From NCBI GenBank assembly GCA_041577295.1, contig JBFGJG010000021.1:1-64000 (forward strand): DNA of 64,000 nt, given 5' to 3'. This stretch comes from Gemmatimonadales bacterium (lineage in GTDB: Bacteria > Gemmatimonadota > Gemmatimonadetes > Gemmatimonadales > GWC2-71-9). The position numbers and the translations under genes are program-made. Below are positions 17,640-27,520 of this stretch, one piece after another. The notes under the pieces are model-generated. The model saw only the letters and a program-made list of their open reading frames with translations, did not search any database and was not told the DNA's origin. Numbering within the stretch: the first letter of the stretch is position 1; each line of letters begins with the position of its first letter.

Positions 17640-20087
17640 GTGAGATCGATACTCTCGATCGCCCTTGTATCAATCGGCGCCCTCGTACTCCCTCCCGCGA
17701 TAGCGGCTCAGGTGCAAACGGCGTCCGATACCGTGCGCCTCCCTGGGGTCTCCCAGCCCGTCGAGATACGGCGCGACACCTGGGGGATCTCGCATATCTA
17801 TGCCCAAAACGAGCGTGATCTCTTCTTTGCACAAGGCTTCAACGCGGCACGCGATCGCCTCTTTCAGTTCGAGATGTGGAGGCGTCGCGCCACCGGAACC
17901 ATGGCCGAGCTCATCGGCCCCAGGGCACTCGACCATGACATCGGGGCGCGCTTACTGCGATTCCGTGGCAGCCTGCGCGACGAATTGTCGCACTATCATC
18001 CAAGAGGGGTGGAGATCGTCACCGCTTTTGTCGCGGGGATCAACGCGTACATCGAGCTGACGGAGGCAAACCCCGACCTGCTGCCGCTCGAGTTTCGTAT
18101 CCTTGGCACAAAGCCCGAACGGTGGACCCCAGCAATCGTCATCTCCCGCCACAACGGCCTGTTTCGTAACGCGTCACGCGAGATCAGCATGGCGAAGATC
18201 GTCCACTCGTTAGGACCCGCCGAAGCAGCCGATCTGCTGGATTTTCAGCCGGAGACCCCGGTTCTGACCCCGGACTCGACGATCGATCTCGCCCTGCTCA
18301 CCGAAGCCATCCTGCGCTACTACTCGGCGTCGCGATCGACCATTTCCTTCGATCCGGCGGATGTGCTGCCGGCATTTCGTAACAACGTCGGCAAGGATTC
18401 CACGACGACGTGCCGACCTCCTGCACGGTGCCCAGCGCGGGCGAGTCCCTTCGAACTCGCGGAGCGTGCATCCGCTATCGGCAGCAACAACTGGGTGGTG
18501 GCCGGAGAGCGTACGTTCGGCCAATACCCGATGATGGCGAACGATCCCCATCGCGTGCTGCGGGTACCGTCGCTCCGCTACTGGGTACACCTGGTTGGGC
18601 CGGGGTGGAACGTGATTGGCGGAGGCGAGTCGGCACTCCCCGGTGTTTCCATTGGCCACAATGAGTTTGGTGCATGGGGCCTCACCATTTTTGAGACCGA
18701 CCAAGAGGATCTTTACGTATACGACACCAACCCACAGAACCCCAGGCAGTATCGGTACGGTGGGCGGTGGGTTGATATGGAGATCGAGCGGGAGCGTATC
18801 GGCGTCCGGGACGCGCCGAGCGTTGAGGTGGAGTTGCGTTACACACGGCACGGGCCGGTGCTCCACCATGATTCTCTACGACACAAGGCGTATGCGCTCC
18901 GGGCTGCATGGCTGGAATTGGGTGGAGCACCGTACCTGGCGAGCTTGCGGATCGACCAGGCCACCAGCTGGGAGGAGTTTCGCGCAGCGTGCGATTACTT
19001 CAGAACTCCATCCGAGAACATGGTCTGGGCAGATCGTGCAGGGAACATCGGGTGGCACGCGACGGGGATCACCCCACTCCGTCGCGGGTGGGATGGAATG
19101 TTGCCGGTTCCCGGCGACGGCCGGTACGAGTGGGACGGTTTCCTTCGCATCCTCGATCTCCCTCATTTGACGAATCCGCCAGAGGGTTGGATCGCTACCG
19201 CGAATGCGAACAACCTTCCCAGGGGATACCGGCCGATTGTCGGGTACGAATGGTCGACGCCGTTTCGTATCTCTCGGATCTCGGAGGTGCTCGCTTCGGG
19301 CCGGCGCCTGACATTGATGGACATGCAACAACTCCAACAAGACGAGCTTACCATTGCCGCCCGGGTGTTGGTGCCCCTTCTCGCTCCACTCGATCTTTCG
19401 GCCGGAGCGGTACGTGACGCGGCCCATCGCTTGCTCGACTGGGATTTCGTGCTGGATAGCGATGCACCAGCGGCGGCGATTTATGCGTTCTGGGAGGCCA
19501 GAATCATCGAGAATCTGTGGCGGCGTCTCGTTCCGGACCGCGCGCGTGATGCCGTCCGGGTCGGCGATCTTTCGTTGCGCCGGGTGGTCGAATGGGTGAC
19601 CGTGCCCGATGGTAGATTTGGCCCGAGTCCCACGATAGCGCGAGACGAGTTGTTGATCTCCAGTCTACAGGAGGCCGTGACGGAGCTGACCGATTTGCTC
19701 GGGAGTGATCAAGCCCGCTGGCGGTACGGCCGTCTCAAACACGTCTACTACGAGCACGCGCTCGCCCCGGCCGTGCGACCAGAGATTCGCGACCGCCTCA
19801 ACGTTGGTCCATTGCCGCGGGGCGGATACCGCTACACCGTGAACAACACATCTGGTGATCTCAACCAATCCAGCGGCGCCACGTTTCGGATCATCATCGA
19901 CACGGGTAATTGGGATCTCGCCGTCGGCACGAACGCCCCCGGTCAATCGGGCGATCCGGCGAGCCCGCACTACCGCGATCTCTTTGTTTCGTGGGCTACC
20001 GGGCGCTACTTCCCAATCCTGTTCAGTAGGAAAAAGGTCGAATCAGCCACCGAGCAGATCACGATACTGAGGGGCAGCGAGCAGTGA
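17640..20087 (+). CDS. Penicillin acylase family Ntn-hydrolase, secreted
   Basis: Signal peptide, RD.WGI.HIYA, DRLFQ, GSNNW autocleavage serine, ANDPH, PGQSG.P.SPHY.D. Confidence 0.92.
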   Translation: MRSILSIALVSIGALVLPPAIAAQVQTASDTVRLPGVSQPVEIRRDTWGISHIYAQNERDLFFAQGFNAARDRLFQFEMWRRRATGTMAELIGPRALDHDIGARLLRFRGSLRDELSHYHPRGVEIVTAFVAGINAYIELTEANPDLLPLEFRILGTKPERWTPAIVISRHNGLFRNASREISMAKIVHSLGPAEAADLLDFQPETPVLTPDSTIDLALLTEAILRYYSASRSTISFDPADVLPAFRNNVGKDSTTTCRPPARCPARASPFELAERASAIGSNNWVVAGERTFGQYPMMANDPHRVLRVPSLRYWVHLVGPGWNVIGGGESALPGVSIGHNEFGAWGLTIFETDQEDLYVYDTNPQNPRQYRYGGRWVDMEIERERIGVRDAPSVEVELRYTRHGPVLHHDSLRHKAYALRAAWLELGGAPYLASLRIDQATSWEEFRAACDYFRTPSENMVWADRAGNIGWHATGITPLRRGWDGMLPVPGDGRYEWDGFLRILDLPHLTNPPEGWIATANANNLPRGYRPIVGYEWSTPFRISRISEVLASGRRLTLMDMQQLQQDELTIAARVLVPLLAPLDLSAGAVRDAAHRLLDWDFVLDSDAPAAAIYAFWEARIIENLWRRLVPDRARDAVRVGDLSLRRVVEWVTVPDGRFGPSPTIARDELLISSLQEAVTELTDLLGSDQARWRYGRLKHVYYEHALAPAVRPEIRDRLNVGPLPRGGYRYTVNNTSGDLNQSSGATFRIIIDTGNWDLAVGTNAPGQSGDPASPHYRDLFVSWATGRYFPILFSRKKVESATEQITILRGSEQ

Positions 20088-20097
20088 GAAGATAGCA

Positions 20098-20199
20098 GTG
20101 ATCGGCGGGGTGTCCCTTCGCGGTACGAACTTCGCTCGGCGCTTCACCTCGTGCCGCTAACGCTCACTGAGGCCCGCTCCCGGACTCCCCGCCGGTTAC
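20098..20199. repeat. REP/MITE-like element with 18-bp imperfect terminal inverted repeats between convergent genes
   Basis: GTGATCGGCGGGGTGTCC (20098-20115) pairs with GGACTCCCCGCCGGTTAC (20182-20199): one mismatch and two G-U pairs. Confidence 0.55.
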
Positions 20200-20202
20200 G
20201 AC

Positions 20203-21063
20203 TCACTCCTCACTGCTTTTCATCCATCGGTATAGCGCCCGGACATTGAGCGGGAACCAGTCGCCGTATCCACGCCAGTCGCGATACGCAGGAAGTGTGA
20301 CCCGTTGGGCGGCCTGATCCTCGGTGAGACCGCGATCGATCGCCTGCTGGACGGCCAAGCGGAGCTCATCGTAATAACGAATCTGCCGTTCGATGGTGCT
20401 ACGGTTGCCAGGAGCACCGTGGCCGAATGCGATTGTCTCGAAATCGAGACCCAGCAAGCGCCGAAGCGTTTCGAAGAACTCCGGAAAATGGTAGTCCGGC
20501 AGGTCGCGATACCCCACACCATCGTTGGTCACGAAATCGACCGCAAACGCGATCCGCTCCGCGGGCAGGTACGCGACGATCATATTGTCCGAGTGGCTCT
20601 TGCCCAGGTAGTACAGCTCGAGTGTTCGGTCACCGGAGTGCAGGGTGAGCCGCTCGTCGAACGTCATATCCGGTGGCGGCTGCTCTCTGTTCGCCCGTGC
20701 GACGATTTTCGAGTGGGCGCGCGTGTGCGCGATGATCGGCGCGCGACTCCCTAGCGCTCGACGCAACACATCGGCGCCGGTGGCGTGGTCTGCGTGTTCG
20801 TGGCTGTAGACGATCGCCCGCAGCGATTTCCCAGGCGCCATACGGCGGATCTCGGCGGCGAAATGTTCAGCGGCCGTGGGTGAGATCGGATCGATCGCTA
20901 TGACGCCGTCGTCTGTCACGACAAACAAACCCTGATGAGCCTGAAAGCGGAACTGGAACACGCCGTCGGCGAGCTGGGTTGTTTCAAACTGTGGCCCCTG
21001 CGCATGCAAAGGGCCGAGCATGACGGAAAGGGCCAGCACGGTTGGCGACAATACGCGCATCAT
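20203..21063 (-). CDS. Secreted metallo-beta-lactamase-fold hydrolase
   Basis: Signal peptide (LHA-Q), SHEHADH motif, later SHSD, AVD and FGHG ligand positions. Confidence 0.85.
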   Translation of the reverse strand: MMRVLSPTVLALSVMLGPLHAQGPQFETTQLADGVFQFRFQAHQGLFVVTDDGVIAIDPISPTAAEHFAAEIRRMAPGKSLRAIVYSHEHADHATGADVLRRALGSRAPIIAHTRAHSKIVARANREQPPPDMTFDERLTLHSGDRTLELYYLGKSHSDNMIVAYLPAERIAFAVDFVTNDGVGYRDLPDYHFPEFFETLRRLLGLDFETIAFGHGAPGNRSTIERQIRYYDELRLAVQQAIDRGLTEDQAAQRVTLPAYRDWRGYGDWFPLNVRALYRWMKSSEE

Positions 21064-21162
21064 GGCAGTTGACCTCGTTCGCGGGGGTGCCAGTCGGCCA
21101 GGTTGGGACGGCGTTTCTCCATCTTGCTTCACGGTTCGTTACTCCGCAACATGAATAAGCCC

Positions 21163-21182
21163 GCCGGACAGGGGTGTCCGGC
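21163..21182 (-). terminator. Hairpin downstream of the symporter gene
   Basis: Perfect 8-bp stem GCCGGACA-gggg-TGTCCGGC with a weak U-tract. Confidence 0.4.
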
Positions 21183-21206
21183 ATTCGCTGCAAATTTACT
21201 CATTGC

Positions 21207-22637
21207 TCACGCTTCTCGGTCAAAAAAGATTCGCAGGTTTTCGACCGGTACTTGGCGCGTAAAGCGAGAGACCATGACGAACAGCACGAGGCTCGTGGCC
21301 ACGCCCACCTCCACGGCGTCAATCCCATGGCGGTCAAAGGTGCGCTGACCGGTAAACTCCCAGAGGAGGCAGGCGAGAAACCCACCGAGCATGGCGGAGA
21401 TCGCACCGCTCGCCGTTCCCCGTCGCCAATTGAGGCCAATCACCACGGGGACAAAGAAGAAGCTGGCGATGAATTTTGCCTGCTCCACGACTATCGCCTG
21501 CACGTCGCCGTACTTCTGCAGTGCGAAGTAGAGAGGAATGAGGGCGAGAATGACGATGCTCACACGGTTGATCGTCACCAGATGTTTCTGGCTGGCTTGA
21601 GGGCGGACGTACTTCCCGTACAGATCGTGGGCAACCGATGCACCCGTCACCAAGAGGATGGAGTTCACGGTCGACATGATAGCGCTCATCATGCCCACGA
21701 TGAGCAAGGCACCCACTAACGGGGGTAGCACCTCGAAAGCCATAATCGAGCTCGCCTGATCCGCCGACTCGAGTGTCGGAAAGAGCACGCGGGTAAGAAG
21801 GCCGATCATCAGCACGCTCACCCCGATGAGAAACTGGAATCCAATCGAGATGGCAATGGCCTGCTTCACCGTACGCTCGTCCCGCATCGAATAGAACCGC
21901 GTCATCTCGTATGGGGCGGCGGCAATCGAGAGACCAAAGCTGATGCCGAACGCAATGAGCTCCCGGGGTCCGTAATACCACCCGAGGAGGCGATCGTCGA
22001 GCGAGGACAGAAAGCGAATCGAGGATGAGAATCCACCAGCGTGACTCAACAGCACCGGTATGGCGATGATGAGACCGGCGACCATGATGAGGGTTTGGAG
22101 AAACTCGATGTAGGAACTGCTTCGGACACCTCCGAGCAGTGTGTAGAACGCCGTGCTGCCGACCAGGATGAGCATCGCGGTCAGCGGCTCGATTCCAAAC
22201 ACCGCGAGTGCGATCTCGCCGCTCGCCTGGAATTGAGCCACGAGGTAGATCGTATAGGAGACGACGATGAGAACCGCCGCGAGCGCACGGGCCGGTTCAC
22301 TGCCAAATCGTGCGGCGATGTAATCCGGGACCGTCAGCGCCCCAAACCGCCGGAGCTTCGGGGCCACGAAAAAGGCGGAGACCACCCATCCCGCCCAGAG
22401 TCCGAACCACACGTACCACCAGGAGACACCGGTCAAGTAGTGCCTGCCCAACGTACCCACCACCGTGCCCGCGCTGATTTGGGTCGCGGCTAGTACTGCT
22501 CCACCGACGAACGGGCCGATGGAACGGCCGGCCGCGATGAAGTCCTCCTCGGTTCTCGTATGAAATGCGCTCCAAATGGAGATGCCGAGGATCAGACCGA
22601 AATAGACTACGAGAACGATCGCCAGCGTGAGGCTCAT
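21207..22637 (-). CDS. Sodium:solute symporter (SSS, PutP/PanF-like)
   Basis: DF..AGRS, T.PDY...RF, YT..GG, SAIMSTVNS.L; about 13 TM helices. Confidence 0.9.
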   Translation of the reverse strand: MSLTLAIVLVVYFGLILGISIWSAFHTRTEEDFIAAGRSIGPFVGGAVLAATQISAGTVVGTLGRHYLTGVSWWYVWFGLWAGWVVSAFFVAPKLRRFGALTVPDYIAARFGSEPARALAAVLIVVSYTIYLVAQFQASGEIALAVFGIEPLTAMLILVGSTAFYTLLGGVRSSSYIEFLQTLIMVAGLIIAIPVLLSHAGGFSSSIRFLSSLDDRLLGWYYGPRELIAFGISFGLSIAAAPYEMTRFYSMRDERTVKQAIAISIGFQFLIGVSVLMIGLLTRVLFPTLESADQASSIMAFEVLPPLVGALLIVGMMSAIMSTVNSILLVTGASVAHDLYGKYVRPQASQKHLVTINRVSIVILALIPLYFALQKYGDVQAIVVEQAKFIASFFFVPVVIGLNWRRGTASGAISAMLGGFLACLLWEFTGQRTFDRHGIDAVEVGVATSLVLFVMVSRFTRQVPVENLRIFFDREA

Positions 22638-22655
22638 CGATCTGGCAGCTCGACT

Positions 22656-23243
22656 TTAGGCCTGTGTGGTCCGTCGGTGGCGCACGAGCCACCAAATTGA
22701 GGCGAAGGCGATCAACACGACTACCGACGCATCGGCCATGCGGTTGGTCGATGCCGAAGCGCCAACGACGGGTAACCGGACGAAGCTGGGTACGTTGTCC
22801 AGCGCAGCCTGGAGTTCGTTTTGGTCTTTGATGGTTAATCGTGGGAACGTATCGGTCAGCCGGAGCTGCGCCGGTGGGTCCCGCACGGTCAGGCGAATGG
22901 ATCTACTTTGCGATCCGCTGGGGACGCTGGGGACCATGACAGGGATACGGGCCAGGCGCCCAGTCACGCGATACGAAAAGGTGTAAGTACCCAGCGCGTT
23001 GCCGAACCGAACTTCGTAGAGGCCATCCGTGGAATCGATCACCACGGCGGGAACCGCACTCCATGCCACCTCCTGGTTGGGAAGGCGCATGAGCACAAAC
23101 CGAGCGGTCTCATCGTTGGGAGCCACGTGGTACCGTGTGGTCACGACGACGTGATGATCCACGAAGTCGATGTTGATGTCCGCCGAGTCGAGCTGAGTGG
23201 TTGCCACGAGTGTCGGTAGGAGCGTGGCGAGCGTCAGGGACAT
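22656..23243 (-). CDS. Hypothetical exported protein with C-terminal TM anchor
   Basis: Hydrophobic N-terminus, beta-rich body, C-terminal TM followed by basic residues. Lies within the operon. Confidence 0.65.
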   Translation of the reverse strand: MSLTLATLLPTLVATTQLDSADINIDFVDHHVVVTTRYHVAPNDETARFVLMRLPNQEVAWSAVPAVVIDSTDGLYEVRFGNALGTYTFSYRVTGRLARIPVMVPSVPSGSQSRSIRLTVRDPPAQLRLTDTFPRLTIKDQNELQAALDNVPSFVRLPVVGASASTNRMADASVVVLIAFASIWWLVRHRRTTQA

Positions 23244-23264
23244 GGCCGTCTTTGCAGCCGGTGA

Positions 23265-24053
23265 TTACCCGACCCGGTCGCCAGCGAACAACCTGTCGCC
23301 ACGATAATCGGCCGCTGCCTGAAGAAAGGCTTGGAAGAGTCGGCGTGTCGGCGAGTGTGTCTCGGTGAACATCTCGGCGTGCCAGACCACGGCTACCTGA
23401 AAGGCATCTCCCTCGACCTCCGCCGCCTCCACTAACCCGTCGGGCGCGACGGCAGCCGGCCGAAGTCCAGAGGCGAGAGTTTTTATCCCCTGATGGTGCA
23501 TGGAGTTCACCATCACCTCCTCCAGGGCAAAGAGCTCGCGTAAGCGAGATGGGTCGATGAGCCGTACCGTATGCGCGAGGTGGTCCCGACTGAAACCGGC
23601 GGTGGGGAAGTAGTCGTGTTTGATGGCTCCGGGGAGCTCGCGCTCGACATCCTGGTACAGCGTGCCACCGGCTGCGACGTTGAGGATCTGTACACCGCGA
23701 CACACACCGAGAAGGGGCTTGCGGTCTTCGAGCGCCCAGCGTGTGAGCTGCAGCTCGACACGGTCCCGCGCGGCGTCGGTTGGCCCGATGTGCGGTCCCT
23801 TAGCCTCACCGTAACGCTCCGGGTCGATGTCCACGCCGCCGGCCAGGAACAGCCCGTCCAAGCGGTCGTACAGTTGCCGGAGCGTGTCGACGCGGTCTCC
23901 GAACAGCGGGACGAGCACCGGGACGCCACCCAAGCCGGCGATGGCTTGCAGATAGCGTTGGTTCATGACCCATGACTCGGGCAGGTGGGTCGGGATTGCC
24001 TCGATAACCTGGAGTGTTTGCGTCGGGACGCCGATCAAGGGACGATCAGTCAT
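23265..24053 (-). CDS. Gamma-glutamyl-gamma-aminobutyrate hydrolase family (peptidase C26, PuuD-like)
   Basis: RPLIG, GG.D.DP..YG, RD..E, GVCRG catalytic Cys, VNSMHHQ, WHAE His-Glu. Confidence 0.88.
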   Translation of the reverse strand: MTDRPLIGVPTQTLQVIEAIPTHLPESWVMNQRYLQAIAGLGGVPVLVPLFGDRVDTLRQLYDRLDGLFLAGGVDIDPERYGEAKGPHIGPTDAARDRVELQLTRWALEDRKPLLGVCRGVQILNVAAGGTLYQDVERELPGAIKHDYFPTAGFSRDHLAHTVRLIDPSRLRELFALEEVMVNSMHHQGIKTLASGLRPAAVAPDGLVEAAEVEGDAFQVAVVWHAEMFTETHSPTRRLFQAFLQAAADYRGDRLFAGDRVG

Positions 24054-25164
24054 CCGCGGGAACCCCCTCGGCCGTTTCCGCTGCGAGCTGGTCGACGACT
24101 GCCTTGAGATCGCCCGTTCTGCGGAAGGTCTCCAACTGCCGGTCGGCGCTGGATCCCTCGTCCATGATCCGATAGGCATACTCTACCTCGGTGCGGCTGC
24201 CCAGCTCGTCCACCACATCTGCTATGAACCATTCGAGGATCTCCCGGATCAAGTCGCGCGCCTCTAACTCCTCGGCGCGCCCGAAATCGATGAGCTTGCC
24301 ATCCAATCCAAACCGAACGGCCCGCCATTTGTTCTCTTCAATGAGCGCCGCAGGATACACACGGAACGTCATATTGTCACGTCGGAGCTTCCAGAGCTTG
24401 GCGACGATCGCCTGTAGGATCGCGGCCAGACAGACCGCTTCGTCGATTCGGGTACAGGTGTCGAGAAACCGGAATTCGAGCGTGCCGTATTTGTGGTGGG
24501 GTCGGATGTCCCAGTAAATCTTAGAGCCGTCCGGAATGCAGTTGGTCTTCACCAGGATATCCAGCAGATCGCTGTACTCACTCCATGACCGCAGCGTTCG
24601 CGGGATGCCCGTACGCGGGAAGTATCGAAACACCACGCTACGGTATGACTTGAGCCCCGTGTCCCGTCCAACCCAAAACGGTGAGCTCGAGGCGAGACAC
24701 AGGAGGTGGGGCATCATGTACCGCGCCACGTTCATGGCATCGATGAGAAAGTCCTTATCTTCGATCCCAATGTGCACGTGCATCCCGAAGATGAGCAGTT
24801 GCTGCGCGAGAACACCCATGTCCTTGCGGATGCCGAGGTATCGCTCGAGGGGCGTAATCTCTTGATCGACCCATGACGAGAATGGATGCGTTCCGGCTGC
24901 GACGATCTTGAGATCGTTCTTCGCCGCAAGGTCCATCACCGTCCGCCGCAAGCGCACCAACTCACCCCGCGCCTGCGCAGGCGTTTCACAGATTGTGCTT
25001 CCGATCTCGACAGTGGATTGATGCAACTCCGGCTTGATCTCTCGCAGCGTGAGGTGGTCCTCGGAAAGGATCTCCACGATGTATGAGCGCAGCTCACGGG
25101 TCTTGGGGTCGATAATCTGGTACTCCTCCTCGATTCCGATCGTCAGCGACGGCGGTTTTGTCAT
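24046..25164 (-). CDS. ybdK: Carboxylate-amine ligase, glutamate--cysteine ligase 2 (YbdK/GCS2) family
   Basis: TIGIEEEYQ, AGTHPF, GMHVH, SSPFW, FPRTG, WDIRP, TLEFR, ENKWRA.R.G. TGATG coupling. Confidence 0.9.
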   Translation of the reverse strand: MTKPPSLTIGIEEEYQIIDPKTRELRSYIVEILSEDHLTLREIKPELHQSTVEIGSTICETPAQARGELVRLRRTVMDLAAKNDLKIVAAGTHPFSSWVDQEITPLERYLGIRKDMGVLAQQLLIFGMHVHIGIEDKDFLIDAMNVARYMMPHLLCLASSSPFWVGRDTGLKSYRSVVFRYFPRTGIPRTLRSWSEYSDLLDILVKTNCIPDGSKIYWDIRPHHKYGTLEFRFLDTCTRIDEAVCLAAILQAIVAKLWKLRRDNMTFRVYPAALIEENKWRAVRFGLDGKLIDFGRAEELEARDLIREILEWFIADVVDELGSRTEVEYAYRIMDEGSSADRQLETFRRTGDLKAVVDQLAAETAEGVPADD

Positions 25165-26513
25165 CAGCGTCCCTCCACGATGAAGGTGGGAACGCTCGAG
25201 GCTTCGCCCGCCGAGACGTTGATGAGTCCCGCACCCGATAGGCGTGTGAGACACCCGTCCATGTACGCTCCGTGAAAGACGAATGGGGCAGTATCGAGCA
25301 TTCTCTCCACGAACTCTACGCGCCCCCCCACAGAGACCGGGAAAACCTCGATGGGAAGAGCCACCCGCTCTTGCACCACGTAGTTGTTCCCCACTGCGGC
25401 CTGCACCGAGCGAACCCATTTCTCCGAATCGCACTCCCATCCGAGCACGATCCCAGCTCCGCCGTACTCGTCGTTTGGTTTGAGGACAAATCGGTCGCGA
25501 TGCTCGGCGATGTATGGGAGGAGGTCGATCTGTTGTTCGTGGAAAAGCGTGCAGCGTTCTTCAACGATCCGGGTCCAAGGGATGTGACGATCGATGACAG
25601 CGCGCTCGCCCGATGTGAAGAGGGCATGGTTTCGCTCGTCCGTCAGCACCGCCAGCGTCGCCTTCTTGTGGAGGATCTTGCAGCGAAATGGATTGACCAT
25701 GCACGCCGCACCCTCGAGCACCGCGCGCACGACCGGGTGGTCCCGACCGCCACGCTCGATCAGTTCTCGAATCAGAACTCGCTTGTAAATCACGTTGATG
25801 TGGAAATCCCCATAGACCAACTTGCCGTCGCGGTACTCGACCTCTCTCGGATCTGCGATCGTGCACGGGATACCTTGTGACTCGAGATATTCGGCGGTGA
25901 TCCGAAACTCCGCAAACGTCGGGACCTCGCGCCAATCGAGAATCGCGACGTGCGGGGTGTCCCGTCGTCCGGACCAGTGCCGATACGAGCGGATCAGTGC
26001 ATGCTGCACGTGATGCCGGGCCGGTTGGGGTCGAATCTCGAAGCGCCGAAGAAACTCGCGCATGACTGGGAGGCCCAAAAACACGTACGATAAGAGGTCA
26101 CAAAACGCGGCGCCTGCTGGCGTCTCGGCGTTGTATTCGGTAAACCGCAGACCTCCCCGTTCGGGGCTGAAGAAGGCGTCGAGCCGCGATACTGGGCTCG
26201 GATCATCGAACCCAGGATCGTGGGTGATCAGATCTTCTTCCCAATCCATCAGACCAAACTGCCGGCGGAACATGGGGTCCGCCTGGGCAGCCCGATACGT
26301 GCGCGCGAGCGCTCCGAGCAAGACCGTCACTTGGCGATGGAGGAAGCGGTACTGTTCCGCGGACAGGAACCGCGGCCGTAACACGCTGCAGAGCGGTCGC
26401 TCACCAAAGAACAGGCCGCGTGCCCGCAGCTGCTGCTCGAGCTGTGCCTGAGACTCGGCGCCCAGATCGGTCTCCAGCAGCGCGTGGTAAAAGTCGATCG
26501 CTTGCTGAGGCAC
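25164..26513 (-). CDS. Circularly permuted ATP-grasp amidoligase (glutathionylspermidine synthase-like)
   Basis: RLD..F, EYNAETPAG, IPWTR, VLKP.DEYGG.G, VVQERV, INVS.GG-like tail. Confidence 0.8.
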   Translation of the reverse strand: MPQQAIDFYHALLETDLGAESQAQLEQQLRARGLFFGERPLCSVLRPRFLSAEQYRFLHRQVTVLLGALARTYRAAQADPMFRRQFGLMDWEEDLITHDPGFDDPSPVSRLDAFFSPERGGLRFTEYNAETPAGAAFCDLLSYVFLGLPVMREFLRRFEIRPQPARHHVQHALIRSYRHWSGRRDTPHVAILDWREVPTFAEFRITAEYLESQGIPCTIADPREVEYRDGKLVYGDFHINVIYKRVLIRELIERGGRDHPVVRAVLEGAACMVNPFRCKILHKKATLAVLTDERNHALFTSGERAVIDRHIPWTRIVEERCTLFHEQQIDLLPYIAEHRDRFVLKPNDEYGGAGIVLGWECDSEKWVRSVQAAVGNNYVVQERVALPIEVFPVSVGGRVEFVERMLDTAPFVFHGAYMDGCLTRLSGAGLINVSAGEASSVPTFIVEGR

Positions 26514-27505
26514 TAGTCGCGCTCGGCGGGCACGGTGCGGGGGGGCGCTGAGCGCGGTGGCCGGCGTGTGGTCGCTGCACCGGCACTGAACAAGCTATTC
26601 CAGCGCAGCTCCCCCACCTGTGGCCGAGGACTCTGTGCGCGCCGGATGGCGAGATCGGCCATGCGAGCAACCGCCCACTCGAAGTAATGCGGCGTGAGCG
26701 AATAAACATCCATATCCGGTGCTGGATTCATGAAGTCAATGGCGTACGGCACCCCATCCCGAATGGCCCACTCGATCGAGTTCATGTCGTAACCGAGCGC
26801 TCGCACGAGCGTCAGCGAGTCCTCGATCACACGACGCCCCAGCTCAGGCGAGAGATACGCGTGGTCGATGTGGTACCGGCGTTCGCCCGGGTCGTAACGG
26901 ATTGGCAGGACTTCTTCTCGGCCGATGCAGAGGCATCGCACAAACTGCTCCCATCGCACGAACTCCTGTACAATCATGGTCCGCGTGCCAGAGCGATCAT
27001 AGTTGGAGATCAATTCATCGAGCGTGTGACATATGTACACATCCTTCCAGCCACCACCGTGCGCATCTTTGAGGATGCAGGGCAATCCGACATGCTCGGC
27101 AATGCCAGCCCAATCGAGTGGGTACACCAAGTTTCGCAAACTCTCGTTGTGATCGATTCCTGGTACGTAGTCCTTGTTCGGGATCACGAGGGTCTTTGGA
27201 CTTGCGACCCCAAGTCGGGTGGCGAGCCCGGCGCCAAAGAACTTGTCATCTGCCGTCCACATGAAAGGATTGTTGATCACTGTCGCCCCTTGGAGCACCG
27301 CGTGCTTGAGGTATGTCCGGTAGAACGGAACCTCGTGCGAGATCCGATCGATGATCACCGCGTAGGGGCACGGCTCGTCCATCGAGGTGTGACCCACCCG
27401 CACATACTCGACAACCACACCCGCCTTGCGCTTAGCGACTTCCTCGATGAACGCCGGGGGGAAGGACCATTCGCGCCCGACGAAGAGACCAACCTTGAGC
27501 GTCAT
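26513..27505 (-). CDS. RimK-like ATP-grasp ligase
   Basis: IIDRISH, INNPF...DDKF, LKD..GGGW..V, VQEF, IDFMNPAPD. Confidence 0.82.
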   Translation of the reverse strand: MTLKVGLFVGREWSFPPAFIEEVAKRKAGVVVEYVRVGHTSMDEPCPYAVIIDRISHEVPFYRTYLKHAVLQGATVINNPFMWTADDKFFGAGLATRLGVASPKTLVIPNKDYVPGIDHNESLRNLVYPLDWAGIAEHVGLPCILKDAHGGGWKDVYICHTLDELISNYDRSGTRTMIVQEFVRWEQFVRCLCIGREEVLPIRYDPGERRYHIDHAYLSPELGRRVIEDSLTLVRALGYDMNSIEWAIRDGVPYAIDFMNPAPDMDVYSLTPHYFEWAVARMADLAIRRAQSPRPQVGELRWNSLFSAGAATTRRPPRSAPPRTVPAERD

Positions 27506-27520
27506 GATTTCATCCTCGTT

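Noticed and set aside
20203..21063. Calling the MBL-fold gene a true beta-lactamase resistance gene
   Set aside because: HxHxDH is shared across the whole superfamily, and the Asp at the bridging position is typical of non-lactamase members.
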